63,851 nt of DNA from positions 57,908,150-57,972,000 of the forward strand of contig CM052838.1 in NCBI GenBank assembly GCA_028534125.1, written 5' to 3'. Shown here piece by piece: positions 1 to 11,992 of the stretch. The notes under the pieces were generated by a model. The model was not told the origin of the DNA. It made no database searches and saw only the letters and a list, made by a program, of their open reading frames with translations. Source of the DNA: Lama glama. Lineage: Eukaryota. The stretch's first letter is position 1; every line of letters starts with the position of its first letter. The translations under genes were made by a program, and so were the position numbers.

Positions 1-2409
1 AGGGGACAAAGCAAGGCTTTCTGGAGGAGGTGAGGTCAGAAATACCTGAGTGAACCGCTGTTAGGATGCGTTCATTCAGCAAGCAATTACGAGTCGCCTA
101 CTCCGTAGGGCACCGAGCTAGGCACCAGGCTTCCGAAGATGACGACGTCCCCCCGAGGCATGGAGCCTGGTGAGAAAACCGATAAAACACAGGAATTGCT
201 CTCCGAAAAAAGACATGTCCCAAGGGAGGGGCAAGGCCACATGGCAGAGTAAAGAGCAGATGCTGGGGCCAGAAAGACCTGGTTGTGGAGGAGACAGGGA
301 CGGAAAGAGCCTTAGCCTGTGGTACAGTTAGTTCTGAGAAAGTCCTGGTAAACTGATGGGGCCCCCAGCAGTCAATGTCGCTCATTGGAGGAGACCCACG
401 CTGCTCAGTCTGAATTCCTGCCAAACTCAGCCACAGGCTGGGAGCAGCAACCGAGATGCCGTGGTGGGCTCGGAGCACAGCAGCTAAGCCATCAGCAAGT
501 ATGCTCCCCGCAGTGGGAGGAGTGAGGGGTTCACACTCATGAACATCACAGGCAGATTACATGAGGAAATGTGCAGACTCACCGTAGTTATGTCAAGCAC
601 AAGTTCTGCCCAGCTTTGTCAATGGTAAGATATTATTATTATGAACAAAATACCAAAAGACCATCCATCACAGCGTGTGCTCATTAACTTCTCCCGGAGG
701 GCTTTGGAGGGATTCACAGAGGGTGCCTGGGGTGAGCAGAACCTTCCAGAATAGTTGAAGTTTCTTCCAGGGAGGCGAGGCGTCTGGCCAGATGGGATTA
801 ACTGCCTGGGAGATGGGGTCAAGGACAGGCTTGACCCCCACAGGCTCGCTAAGCAGACAAAGGCCTTGAGCAGAGTCTTAATTGGTGGAGGATTATAAGG
901 TTTCCCTGACCTCCACCACGGGCTGTCTCTATTTCAAGTCAGTGCACCATCAGGATGCCACTCTAGGTCCGCGCTGCCCCTCCAACCTGCCCCAAGATGA
1001 TGCTCAGAAGCAAACCCACTATTCGTCCAGTGTCTGCAGATCGAGAAAGATGAATCACCATACACACGTTCACCTCTTTCGTGCTATACACACACTTGGG
1101 AGATTTACCAGTAAATCACACCAGGACTGGGAGCTAGCCTTGCCTCCTCTTTACAATCAACTCAAAGACAAAGTTTAATCTGTTGGAGGTGCTGTGGGAA
1201 GAAGACAAATTTTGCTGCCGTCCCTAAGGTTCGTTAACCATGAATTCTGAGCAGAGGAGTTGCACTCCGACAACAAGCCGCACACCGCGCTCAGCTCGCC
1301 TTTCCTGCCTCTTGTCTGCACATCGCCCCCTCGGGTTGGAAGACCTCACCATCCTAAGGAACCCGTGGATGACTCCCCGAGCCCCTCGAATCATCTTTCT
1401 CCTCCCAAAAGTCTTCCCGGCCCTGGGCTGGCTTAGGTGCAGGTCTTCTAAGCTCCCGTAACTACCTGGACCCGTCTCCATCTTTGCACTTAGCTATGCA
1501 TTCTAACATCCCACTATGAGCTCCGGGAAGAAAGTGTCTGTGTCACGGTCATCTCTGAGCAGCGAGCCTGGTTCATGTGTCATAGCTCCTAGGATGAATG
1601 AAGCACCGTGATAAAGAACGCGCTGGTGAGGGGAGCAGAGATGGGAAGGCATTGCAGAAGGGGAAGTCATTTTAAGAGATTTTAGATGGGGCTTCACAAC
1701 CCCTGGGCTATAAGGGGAATAAGAAAAAAGCTAAAGTGATGAAACAAACATCATTGTGCAGGGTGAAAAAGCAGAGAAGCCCTTCAGGGAACCTGCAGTG
1801 ACCTAGAGGCACCTCTGGGGTTCAATTAGCCTTTGTTAAGAACTTTCAGTTCAACTTCCTCACCGGGCACATCAGCAAGGCCAAGTCCTGTGCCCCAGCA
1901 CACCTGAGAGCTGGAAGACCTCCATGCATTCCCCTAGTACGTCTTTTGGAAATCATGGGATTTTTCTATAAGCCCTCCACTCCAAGGGGGGGGGGAATGA
2001 AAATGTTTGTATACTGGCCCATAAAATGTTGTGCCGTGAATGCCTCTAACAAAATTCCACACAGGGGCATGAATGCCTAGCGCTTGAATGGTTTTCATCT
2101 TAAGACACACTTCACCAATACTGCCCAGCTGGGGAGTTAACTATTGAGAGACCTTGAACTTCACATTTAAAATTCAGGTCCCTCCTGGGTTGATATTTAC
2201 CCCTACCCAGATAAAGGTGCCCTCCAGCATACGCAGGAACACCCACCGACAAGGGTAAACAGGCAGGGAGCACGACATTGGAGATGGTCTAGTTCAGGGT
2301 TCTCATTCCATGGATGAGAGAACTCAGGTCCAGGAATTCCATCAGCTGCCAAAAGCCTACAGGTGGCAAGAGGTGGCAGGCACTGGGGATGGGCTTGGGA
2401 GTTAAACTC

Positions 2410-2860
2410 TGCAGTGGATCGAATGTGTCCTCCAAGAAGACACCTTCAAGTCCTAACCCTGTTACCTGCGAATGTGACCTTATTTGGAAACAGGGTCTTT
2501 GCAGAGATAACGAGTTAAGGGGAGGTCATATGGGGGAAAATGGGCATCTGATCCAGTGACTGGTGTCCTTACAGGAAGAAAGATACTTGGACACAGAGGC
2601 ACACAGAGAGGTCGCCATGTGAAGACAGAGGCAAAGATTGGATTCAGGCCACTNNNNNNNNNNNNNNNNNNNNNNNNNNNNNNNNNNNNNNNNNNNNNNN
2701 NNNNNNNNNNNNNNNNNNNNNNNNNNNNNNNNNNNNNNNNNNNNNNNNNNNNNNNNNNNNNNNNNNNNNNNNNNNNNNNNNNNNNNNNTGGGTAAATTTC
2801 TGTTGTGTTAGCCATCCAGTTCGTGACACGTTGTTATGGAAGCTGTAAGAAGCCAATACA
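2410..2860 (+). mobile_element. MaLR solo LTR (MLT1C-like)
   Basis: TG...CA ends; hallmark 'tgtgaccttatttggaaacagggtctttgcaga' and 'aatttctgttgtgttagcca'; 5-bp TSD AACTC/AACAC; contains an N gap. Confidence 0.85.
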
Positions 2861-5800
2861 AACACAGGCCCCATTTCTTGCCTTCATGAGTTTCCAGAAC
2901 TAAGACATAAGAGTAGAAAACATACATCTAACCAAGTGCTCTTTCTAACACCTCAAGGAAAAAAAGGGAAATGTGTGATCACTTTTGACCCCAGTTCTGA
3001 TGGGCACACAGATCTAAAACAGGGAAACGCCCCTTCTTCAGGTGCAAGCTTGAGTGACCAGGCTAAGCTGGGTCAGTGCTAAGGATTCAACTGCTGCCGT
3101 CAAGGAATGCAGACTCTAGAAGCCAGGACACAGCGGTCATCCCCGCAAAGAGCTCAGAAAGATATATGCCGGCCCAATTTCCCAACTTAAATGATAAGTG
3201 GTCCCAGTGGATGCTCCAATTCTATGAATTTCCAGTGTTACTTTAGGGTCACATGACTTGCTACATGTACACTTTTGGAACTGGTGAAAAATACAGTGTT
3301 CCAAGAAGCTCAGCGTCCAGGCTGCCAAGATGCTTCTCAATGGAGCTTGCAATCACTGAGGTTTGACATAATTGTCCTCCCCTAATCAGATCATCACTGC
3401 CACCCAAGCAGTTCCAACACCCAGAGCTGGAGGAGGCTGGGAGGGGAACCAGAGCAATCTTCTCCAGCCTCGCTCAGGGTTTCCCTGGATGTGAGGAGTC
3501 AGAGAGAAGCCCTCGGTGGTGTTTCACACTTCCCAGCGTTTTGGTCCAGGTTCATTTTTCATGTCACAACTGCTCTGGGTGATCCAACATGTGTAAGGGT
3601 TTGTTCAGGCTGTTTGGGGTTCTTTTGTGCAACTGTCAAAACAATGACCTCATTTGGAGCCATCTGCTGGCAGGCAGGATTGGCACGGAGTTCGCCTCTG
3701 ACTTGTGTCGCTGGAGCAATCAATTCAAGATGGCCACTCCGGGCACGAGGCTAGCTAAGTGATATCGAAGCAGATAACGGATTGCTCCATCCCTTCCTCA
3801 AGTTACCAAACATGTCAGTGCTAAGGCAGCCTCCACCAAAGGCGGCCTGCCAGGCATGGCAAAGGGAAGTCGTTATCCGCTGACCCAGAAACTCAAACCC
3901 CTCCGTTGCCTGGAGTGAGGATGCTTCTTCCCCCACCATGTCCCCGCCTGAACGTTAACTTGTAAAGCAAAAGGAATACAAAGGAGTCAGAGAAAACCTT
4001 TGTCTTTGGAGCCGAAAGCATGTGGGTACTGGTGTATACGCCAACACCATGGGGGGACCTTGATCTGACGCCGGGCAGCGGATCCAGGACTCCCCCGATA
4101 CCAGCAGAGCCCGTGGGAACGAGTCACTCTGGGCATAACTCAGAGTCAGTCTGGGATTAACTGCAGAGAATGAACTGGGACATTCTACAAAGGCACGGAG
4201 CCCGGAGTCATTCTGGAGTTGTGACCAGGTTTTGCTGAGCCCGGCGTCTTTCACAGCCTGTACAGTTAGGGCAGGTATGGTTTTACCCACTCATGAAAAG
4301 ACGCCTCATTTTTTACTGCACATCCCCCCTCCATTTCTCCGGGAAAGGAACTTAAGAAATACGCAAGAATATTATTTTTGACCCAGTTTGTTGCTATTGC
4401 CAGTTGGCCTCCTTTAGTGGCTAATTGGGCAGCTCAGCAGAATGGTCCGGTTTCAGAGCTCTCCTGTGCACGCCGGCTCTGCTGGGAGGTGAGAGGGTGA
4501 CACTTTTCTCAGATTTCCTATTGTCTGCGATACCATCACAATGACCCGTGTAGGGGCTGGGGGTGGGGTGAGCCTCTTCTCACACGTGAAGATCAGCACA
4601 GCAAGGAGACATTCCTCGCGGATCTGAGCGCTTGCAGACGGCTCGGGCATGCGTTACTGTAGCCAAACCGGGTATAATTACTTGAAACTTGGGTCAAGTG
4701 GGGAGTGGTAATTTGCAAGAAGGTCACTGTAGCATGATCAACGCGGAGCAAAATAAAAGCAGGGTAGCGTCTAAATACGTAAGATGGAATAAGGAAAAAG
4801 TTGTCAGGGCCAGGGAGGGAGGGAGAGAGGGGAAACAAGACTGCTACCTGTCCAGAAGCATCACTTCTAAACTGGCCAGCGCCACACTGAGGGCAGGAGC
4901 CCAGATACCTTCACTAAGGGCTGTGTTTTGAATCATCTTTCTTCAGTATGGACCAGCCCCCCACCTGCAAGCAGAGCTTCTAATTATAAGTAATAATCAT
5001 GATGATATGTATTTGGCAGGGATAGAGGGATGGTAAAAGAATAATTAATAAACTTACTCCTTGACATCCACCCACCCCATGCCCCCCAGAAGAGTTGTAG
5101 GGAGGACCCCATCTACAACACAAATTCAAGAAATGTTTTTTCCTAAAGACAGGCCACTGATCCTGTCAAAATATAATCAACTGGGAGTTCATCTGCCCAC
5201 AGACCTCTTCTGTCTTTCCTAAGTCCAAACTGAATCACATATTTATAAACACATTTGACATTTTGTAAAGGACATTTTCATTAATACTGACCCAAGAATA
5301 ATACCAGAAAAGATAAACTGCTCACTGCCAGACACAGTCATGTATACGACTTTCAGAGCATCTTCCTTTGCTTTTTGCTCCATCAAAAGTCAGAAGTGGC
5401 TGTTCTTTGGCTGCTATCATTAACTCAGCACTGGGACCTAAAATACCAAATATTTCATGAAACTATCAAAAACAGCTGTTTTTATATCAAGAAATCCACT
5501 TCAGCTTTGTGACATGTGGATCTTTACAAACTGCTTTAAAAATTACATTTTATTCATGCTTTTGTTTACTAAATCTTACAGCCCAAAGCAATAAAGCAAG
5601 GATATGACCCAATAATTAACTATAACACAGTAAAATTAGTGGTTTGAAACAAGCACAAATGCAAATGTTAGTGCATTTAGCTAAATCACAAATACATATT
5701 GAGCGTCTAAGTCATCATATCTTGTACGACGATTGTTAATATTGACCATTTATGTGAATATATCTTACATTCAAACAGCCACAATAATAATTACTGTTAG

Positions 5801-6862
5801 TTGTGACTGGTTTTAAAATGCATCCAAAGTAATTTCAGGCAAGGCAATGAATGCAAAGGTTTCTTTCTTCTCCAGGACTTAAAGCAAGATGTAACTCTGG
5901 TTGTGGTTTTTTAATGAAATGTGGAAACAGGGTCACGCCTATCAGCAGCCTAGTTCAGCTTCTAATCCACTTAGGGACTGGGGCAGGGCTTTCCATGGAC
6001 ATGGTTCAGATCTGAGATGACAGTATATCTACCCCGTTTATCAGAGCTGGGTGTCATGAGCATCTCACTGACTGCACGTGGTTCCAGGCTGACATCGGGC
6101 CATTCTGTTGGAGCCGAGATTCTCATCTCTCAGGGCACCAGAACCCCCAAATTCGAGGTAAGGAGCCACTAAACCCAGGAGAGGAGGAACAGGTAGTCTA
6201 CTGGACATGCGCTCTACCCTATGGCCACGCCCACCCCAAAATCAAACTGCAACCTTCCACTAGGATTTATGGATCCCTGGCATACAAATTATGCTGGGGG
6301 ATTAAAAGAAAAAAAGTAGAACACTGGAAAATGTGATGCAGATTTGCAATAAATATTTACGTGGTCAGAGAGGTCTCAGTTCAGACTCATACATCTATCC
6401 CTCCAAGGCTGTCACCATCTAAATCAGTTCCTTCGTCATCTTACTGCTCCAAGGATGCCAGAGCAGAGGGCCCAACTGCATCAGCTCTGAAGATAGAATT
6501 TAATGCTTCATCTTCCACTAAGCGTGACGCCAGCAGATTTTTTTTACCTCCCCAGAGCTCAGTTTCCACTCCTGCAAAATGAGCTTAAGGGGAGGATCAC
6601 GCAGCCTGCCATGCTATCTGCAGTCCCGGGGTCTTTGTCCCTCGTCCCTGCTTCTGTATGAAGCTGCTTAAGCTGGTTCCCCCCACGGCTGGATTCTTCA
6701 GATGTCAGCTTAACTATCCAGTCCTTGGAGAGAGGTTCCCTGCTCACCCTACCTCGATCACACATCCTGGTTTCTTTTATTTTCCATTGTGATTATCATG
6801 TCCTTTATTATTCAGTTTGTTTGGCAACTTATTTATGGTCAACTCCTGCTGCCCCCCTCAAC

Positions 6863-6865
<3 letters not shown>

Positions 6866-6901
<36 letters not shown>

Positions 6902-6928
6902 GCACACACATGCACACACATACACACA
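6866..6928. repeat. (CA)17 microsatellite with degenerate extension
   Basis: Perfect CA run at 6866-6899. Confidence 0.95.
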
Positions 6929-7261
6929 TGATGTCCACAAAAGCTGAGATCTCACCTGCTTTATTCATCACCCTATTCTCAGAGCCCCAGACAGGACTTG
7001 GCACAGATCAGGAGCTCAATGAATTTTGTTGAAAGAACAAATGCATGGAAAGTGCGTGGCCCACTTCAGGCGTTCAAAAAAATCAATCAGACAAATGAAT
7101 AAAAAGAACTTGAGAAATTTCTGGTCATAAAGGCAGTGTTTGGAGAATCCTCGAATTCTCCTGGCCTCATGCTACCCATGGTGTTTACCTACGATTAGAC
7201 GTAGGCCCCTTGGAGGTGGGACCCCCTCTCATTACCTGCATGTGAGCAGAAGAGGCCAAGG

Positions 7262-7404
7262 AAAGCTCAGAGGCCCTCACGCTAGACAGACATGAGTCCA
7301 ACTCCTGGCTCTGCAAGTGACCTTGGGCTGGACGTTTATCCAGGTCCTCCTTCTAGAAAGATGGGGTTAATAACACAGTATCCTTGGGCTGATATGAGGA
7401 TTAA
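7262..7404 (+). mobile_element. MIR SINE fragment
   Basis: MIR core-like 'ctcctggctctgc..gtgaccttgggc...gatggggttaataac...tgaggatta'. Confidence 0.6.
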
Positions 7405-7944
7405 TAGGACTGGCTGCAGAAATTTGCAAGGCCCTGTGAAAAGCAAAAGCATAGGAAACCTTGTTCGAAAATTATGAAGATCTTTGAGGGGCGGAGCCAA
7501 GATGGTGGGGTAGAGAGACTCACAGCTCGCCCTCTCCCACCGAGAATTACATCTACAAACCCACCGAATCGCACAGAACACCTACTGAGCTCTGGCAGGC
7601 TGTCTCTTCGAAATTTCGAAGTACAGGAGGATTCTCGCAAAATCTGATAAACAACGAAGTTCATACTGTATAGTACAGGGAACCATATTCAATATCTTGT
7701 AGTAACTTGTGGTGAAAAAGAATATGAAAACAAATATATGTATGTCCCTAGATGACTGAAGTTTTGTGCTGTACACCAGAAACTGACACAACATTGTAAA
7801 CTGACTGTACTTCAATTAAAACATATTTTAAAAATTATGAAGAACTTCAAGCCAGCGACTGCAAAGTATTAAACCAAGAGCAGGGCCTTTCTAAGCACAG
7901 GACCCAGTGGGACTGCCCGGGGCTCACCCACGGTGCTGGCCCTG
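7405..7944 (-). mobile_element. MER91A-like hAT-Tip100 MITE, split by the mini-L1 insertion
   Basis: 'ggactggctgcagaaatttgc...aaaattatgaaga|acttcaag...attaaaccaagagcagggcc...gctggccctg' reads continuously once 7481-7843 is removed. Confidence 0.75.
7481..7830 (+). mobile_element. Internally deleted L1: ~165 bp of 5' UTR fused to ~185 bp of 3' UTR
   Basis: Starts GAGGGGCGGAGCCAAGATGG (L1 5' end with YY1 motif) and contains 'acatctaca...acagaacacctactga' typical of cetartiodactyl L1 5' UTRs. Switches at 7646/7647 to an L1 3' UTR similar to 41874-42050. 13-bp TSD AAAATTATGAAGA at 7468-7480 and 7831-7843. Confidence 0.88.
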
Positions 7945-8399
7945 CTGCCCAGCCTGGTGTCTGACAATTATTTCTTTTTCTCCTCCCCTTCTCATTAAAA
8001 ATCTGATGTAATGAAATGAGACAGATTGCAACTATTGGCTGAACAAAGGGATCCTAAGCAGTGGAATTTCTGATAGCGCTAAGCATTCCAGCTAATTATC
8101 CAGTCTGAATTATTCAGATACCTTGGTTGTCTTTCTTCTTGTCCTTTGAGTTATATCGCTGCTCACTGATAATTCAAAAATACTGTTCCCGCCTCCATTT
8201 GTCTCTTGCATCCTGATAAATGGCTGCTGGAAGAAGAGACCAAAGGGACAGGCTCACATTCTTGGACTGGAAGACCCTTGCTGTGTGTTCACTTATTCAG
8301 CACGCATTTACTGACTGCCCGCAATGGGCAGGTAGAATGGAACGTCCCTGAGACAAGGACCTGGGAGCAGTCTGAACCCTTGTGGCTGCAAGAGACAGA

Positions 8400-8683
8400 C
8401 ACCCAGCTCAAGACTTTGAAGCCAAGAAGGGACTTGCTGGTTCACTTGACTCTGAAGTCCTGGGGTCCAGCTCAAGTAGAGCTGGATCCAGAAATACAGA
8501 TTCGATGATCAGCTCTGCACAAGTACCATGGGCAGAGATGGCACCCAGCTCAAGACTTTGAAGCCAAGAAGGGACTTGCTGGTTCACTTGACTCTGAAGT
8601 CCTGGGGTCCAGCTCAAGTAGAGCTGGATCCAGAAATACAGATTCGATGATCAGCTCTGCACAAGTACCATGGGCAGAGATGG
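8400..8683. repeat. Perfect 142-bp tandem duplication (2 copies) inside an old MLT1J/K-like LTR fragment
   Basis: 8400-8541 is identical to 8542-8683. Confidence 0.93.
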
Positions 8684-10055
8684 GATCCAAGAGTAGCGAG
8701 ATCTGTTCACAGATCCACATCTGCAGCCGGAGAGGAGGCAGGACATCACAACATACAACTTCCCAGATCCACGTGAGATGAGAAGGCAAATTGCCCAGCG
8801 CAGAGAGGAGTACTGAACAACACATTACGGCAGGTGCCCACTACTGATTTTAGTGGGGAAAGTTCTGAGAACTGGGACCTTACAAAGCATGCATTTCTGA
8901 AGTTCCAAGTTCCTGCTCAACAAATATTCCAGGAAAGAAGGAAAGAAAGCCCTGTTCTGAGCTGTTGTAAGAAGACATACAATTTTAAAAAGAAACCCTT
9001 TTCTTCACTGAGAGTCTAGACACAGAGTCTCCATGATTCCAAGCATCTAGAATAAAAACAGAAAACACATAGGCAATCACTGGTGTGTTTCTAAACATCC
9101 AGATGTCTGGCATCACATAGTCATTGCCACAGTGTGTAGGAGTCTCTTTCAGCAGCAGAATTGGAATCTCTTCCCAGAACCAGGTTCAGATAGTAGTTTT
9201 CTGAGAACAGAGATACCTTATCTTGTGATGTTTCTTACAGAAAAGAATTAGCCCCACCCTCCCCAGAGAGCCAAGAATAATGAGTGAAAACTTTAAAGTA
9301 ACAGCATTTCAAAATAACACTGGGACTCTGTTTCTCTAGTCTACCTGAATTCTATTTTAGAAGGAGCAATTAAAAAGAAAAAAAATCATGGGAGCTTCTC
9401 CCAGGTTTGATGATGAAAAAATGCTTAAATAGCAGAAGGTCTAATGAAGAAAAGACACAACGAGGGATTGGAAGACGTGGGTTCTAGTCTCAGTTCTACC
9501 GCCCTGGAGCCTTGCTCAGATGATTTAACCTGTCGGGGGCTCTGCTCCTCTGCCTGTAAAACACAGGCGTTGAAAAAGATGATCTTTCAGGTCCATTCTA
9601 ACTCCATCACGATCAAGATGAGTAAGTGTTTATAGAAGCAATAACACTAGCATCCCACCTTTTTATGACATTTTGCAGTTTATAAACATTTCTGTGCATG
9701 GTTCATTTGATCCACACGGGAAGACTGTGAGTGGCATGCTCGGTCAGATTTAGTCCCTCTGTGGAATGGCAATGGGAAGTGTGTGGGGTCCCGGACAGCA
9801 GGTGGCAGAGAAGCCACTAAACCAGGTCTCCCTGTGCCACAAGCTCTCTCCTTCACCTGTGATGGGAAATAGATCTCCAACCTTCATAACCGCCCTCAAG
9901 GCTTAGCGTACATTATTAATAGTATCTTTTGGGACACCTTGACAGACTCGGGTGCCATCAAGTTTCCTAGTGGTTCACTGATTTCTAAGTAAATTGGATC
10001 TGAATTCAAGGCCAAAGAGTGATGACTTGGTGCTCCAGGGTCACTCCCAGCCACC

Positions 10056-11073
10056 CAGTGACTCTAGGGCTGGATCAGAGAAAGTACAAGACCAGCCAGG
10101 AACATCATGTGGTACCAGAAAATACGGAACTGCTCAAAAACATGATAAGGGCTTGCTGATGGAACAGAAGAGCCAAGCCAGAGGAGCTCTTAATGACCTG
10201 AGTTGGAACAATTTGAGTCACAAAGTAAAGAATAATAACATGGGATTATGACACATTGAATAGAATAAATATCTTGAGTCCAGACTAACTTAATTCTATT
10301 TATCAATTACCTAGGGGAGCAAAGACTGCTCTTCCTCAGAATAAAATTCTAATTAATAAGTGTAGAAGGACAAAGGGAAATAGAAAACTTCATGGTAATA
10401 ACAGGAACACTCCATCATACTAATTGTTGCAGACAAGAAACATTTATGGATGCTAAAATTGGAGGGTGAAAGTTAGAGGAGAAACAGAATTTGCTTAGCC
10501 TCGGCGTATCTCCCCCAAGGTATTTACAAACTACAAAGGAGGAGAGAGTGGAGAAAACAGGCAGACACCATCTTAACCCAACGATCAAGGTGAACATCAC
10601 TAGCAATAAGATGCATCAGCGTCAGGAACCCATGATGTGATGCCCCAAAAAGGACACGACATCACTTCTGTGGGATTCTTACCTAATCTGCATAACCTCA
10701 TTCCAACCATGCGGAAATATCAGGCAAGCCCAAATTGAGGGATAATCTACAAAACAGCTGATGAGGAGTCTTCAAACGTGTCAAAGTTGTGAAGACAAGA
10801 AAAGTCCGAGGAACAGTAACTACAGCTTTGGGGAGACAGAGGAGAAATAATGAAATGCAACGTGGGATCTTGGACATTAGTGGAAAGCTCGGTGAGATTC
10901 AGATAAGATCTTCAGTTTACAGCAGAGAATCAATGTTGATTTCATGGTTTTGATGATTATACTATAGTTACATAATACGCAGAAGTTAGAAGAACTGGAT
11001 GAGAGATTTATGGAAACTCACTGGACTGTTTTTGTGACTCTTCTGAAAATCTGAAATTAGTTCAAAATTTTTA
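10056..11073 (+). mobile_element. Ancient L1 3' UTR fragment (L1MC/L1MD type)
   Basis: Motifs 'gtgactctagggctgg..gaaagtacaag', 'ggcagacaccatcttaacc..gatcaaggtgaacatcac', 'ctgaaattagttcaaaat'. Confidence 0.75.
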
Positions 11074-11986
11074 AAGACACCTCAGAAGCCATTTTGACCG
11101 TATTCTGAGCTCCTCAAAAAGTAAGTTAACTTCCCCGAGATGGCCAGAGTAATTGTAAAAATCCATCCTGGCTCTTGCTCCAAAGGGTGTCTCTCTAGAG
11201 AGTGAGATCCTTGGGACCCCAAAACCACATTTTGACCCTGCCAGTTTGCTGACAATCCAGCTTTTGGAAACCACTCTGCACTCTGGACCACTCATCGATG
11301 GCAAATACTGCTGAACTTAATGCCTGCTTGGAGACAATGTGAGCTCTGTCTTTACTGAATGCGGATGGAGTGAGCCAAACAGCCTCAGAGATATTTAATA
11401 ACAAAAGCATCTTCTTAATTTTGGTCACATTTATCCTGATTCTTTTCACACAACTTCAAGAGCAAAGCAACCAGAATTCTGCTATGATAAAATCTGTCTT
11501 TACTTCCTGCCTCCAACTGTGTCCACCCTGCAATTTCTTTGTCACGGTGTCTGTTCTCATCCTAAATGGGTGGAGACCACATGTTACAACTTAACGATTT
11601 CTGCATCTTTTTTTTTTGGTTGTTGGTTTTTCTTAAAAATACACAAGTCTAACTTGGTTGTGCGTTTCCTGAGAGTGTGAACTGACAGCAAATTTCAGTT
11701 CTAAGCCACATACACAACTGACAATTTTATGACATTACTCAGTTTCACACAAAGCCACAGAGAGGCAGAGCTGAGTGCCACAGACCCTAAGCGAAGTAAC
11801 CTCCCAAAGCTGGTAAATTTTCTTCTGGAAAAAAAGACTTGCATTTCTCATCATGAGCCACAGCTCTCTGCTGTTACTGGGGACTTGGCGCGGAGAGGAA
11901 GGGCCCTCCCTAAATGTCTACTTGTCTCACACCTGGACCAGCTGACCAGCCAGTTCTTTTTTTTTTTTTTTTTAACTGCAGCATTT

Positions 11987-11992
11987 TTTATT
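11987..11992 (-). terminator. AATAAA polyadenylation signal of the ACTG1 retrocopy
   Basis: TTTATT on the + strand, 13 nt from the start of the A17 tail. Confidence 0.85.
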
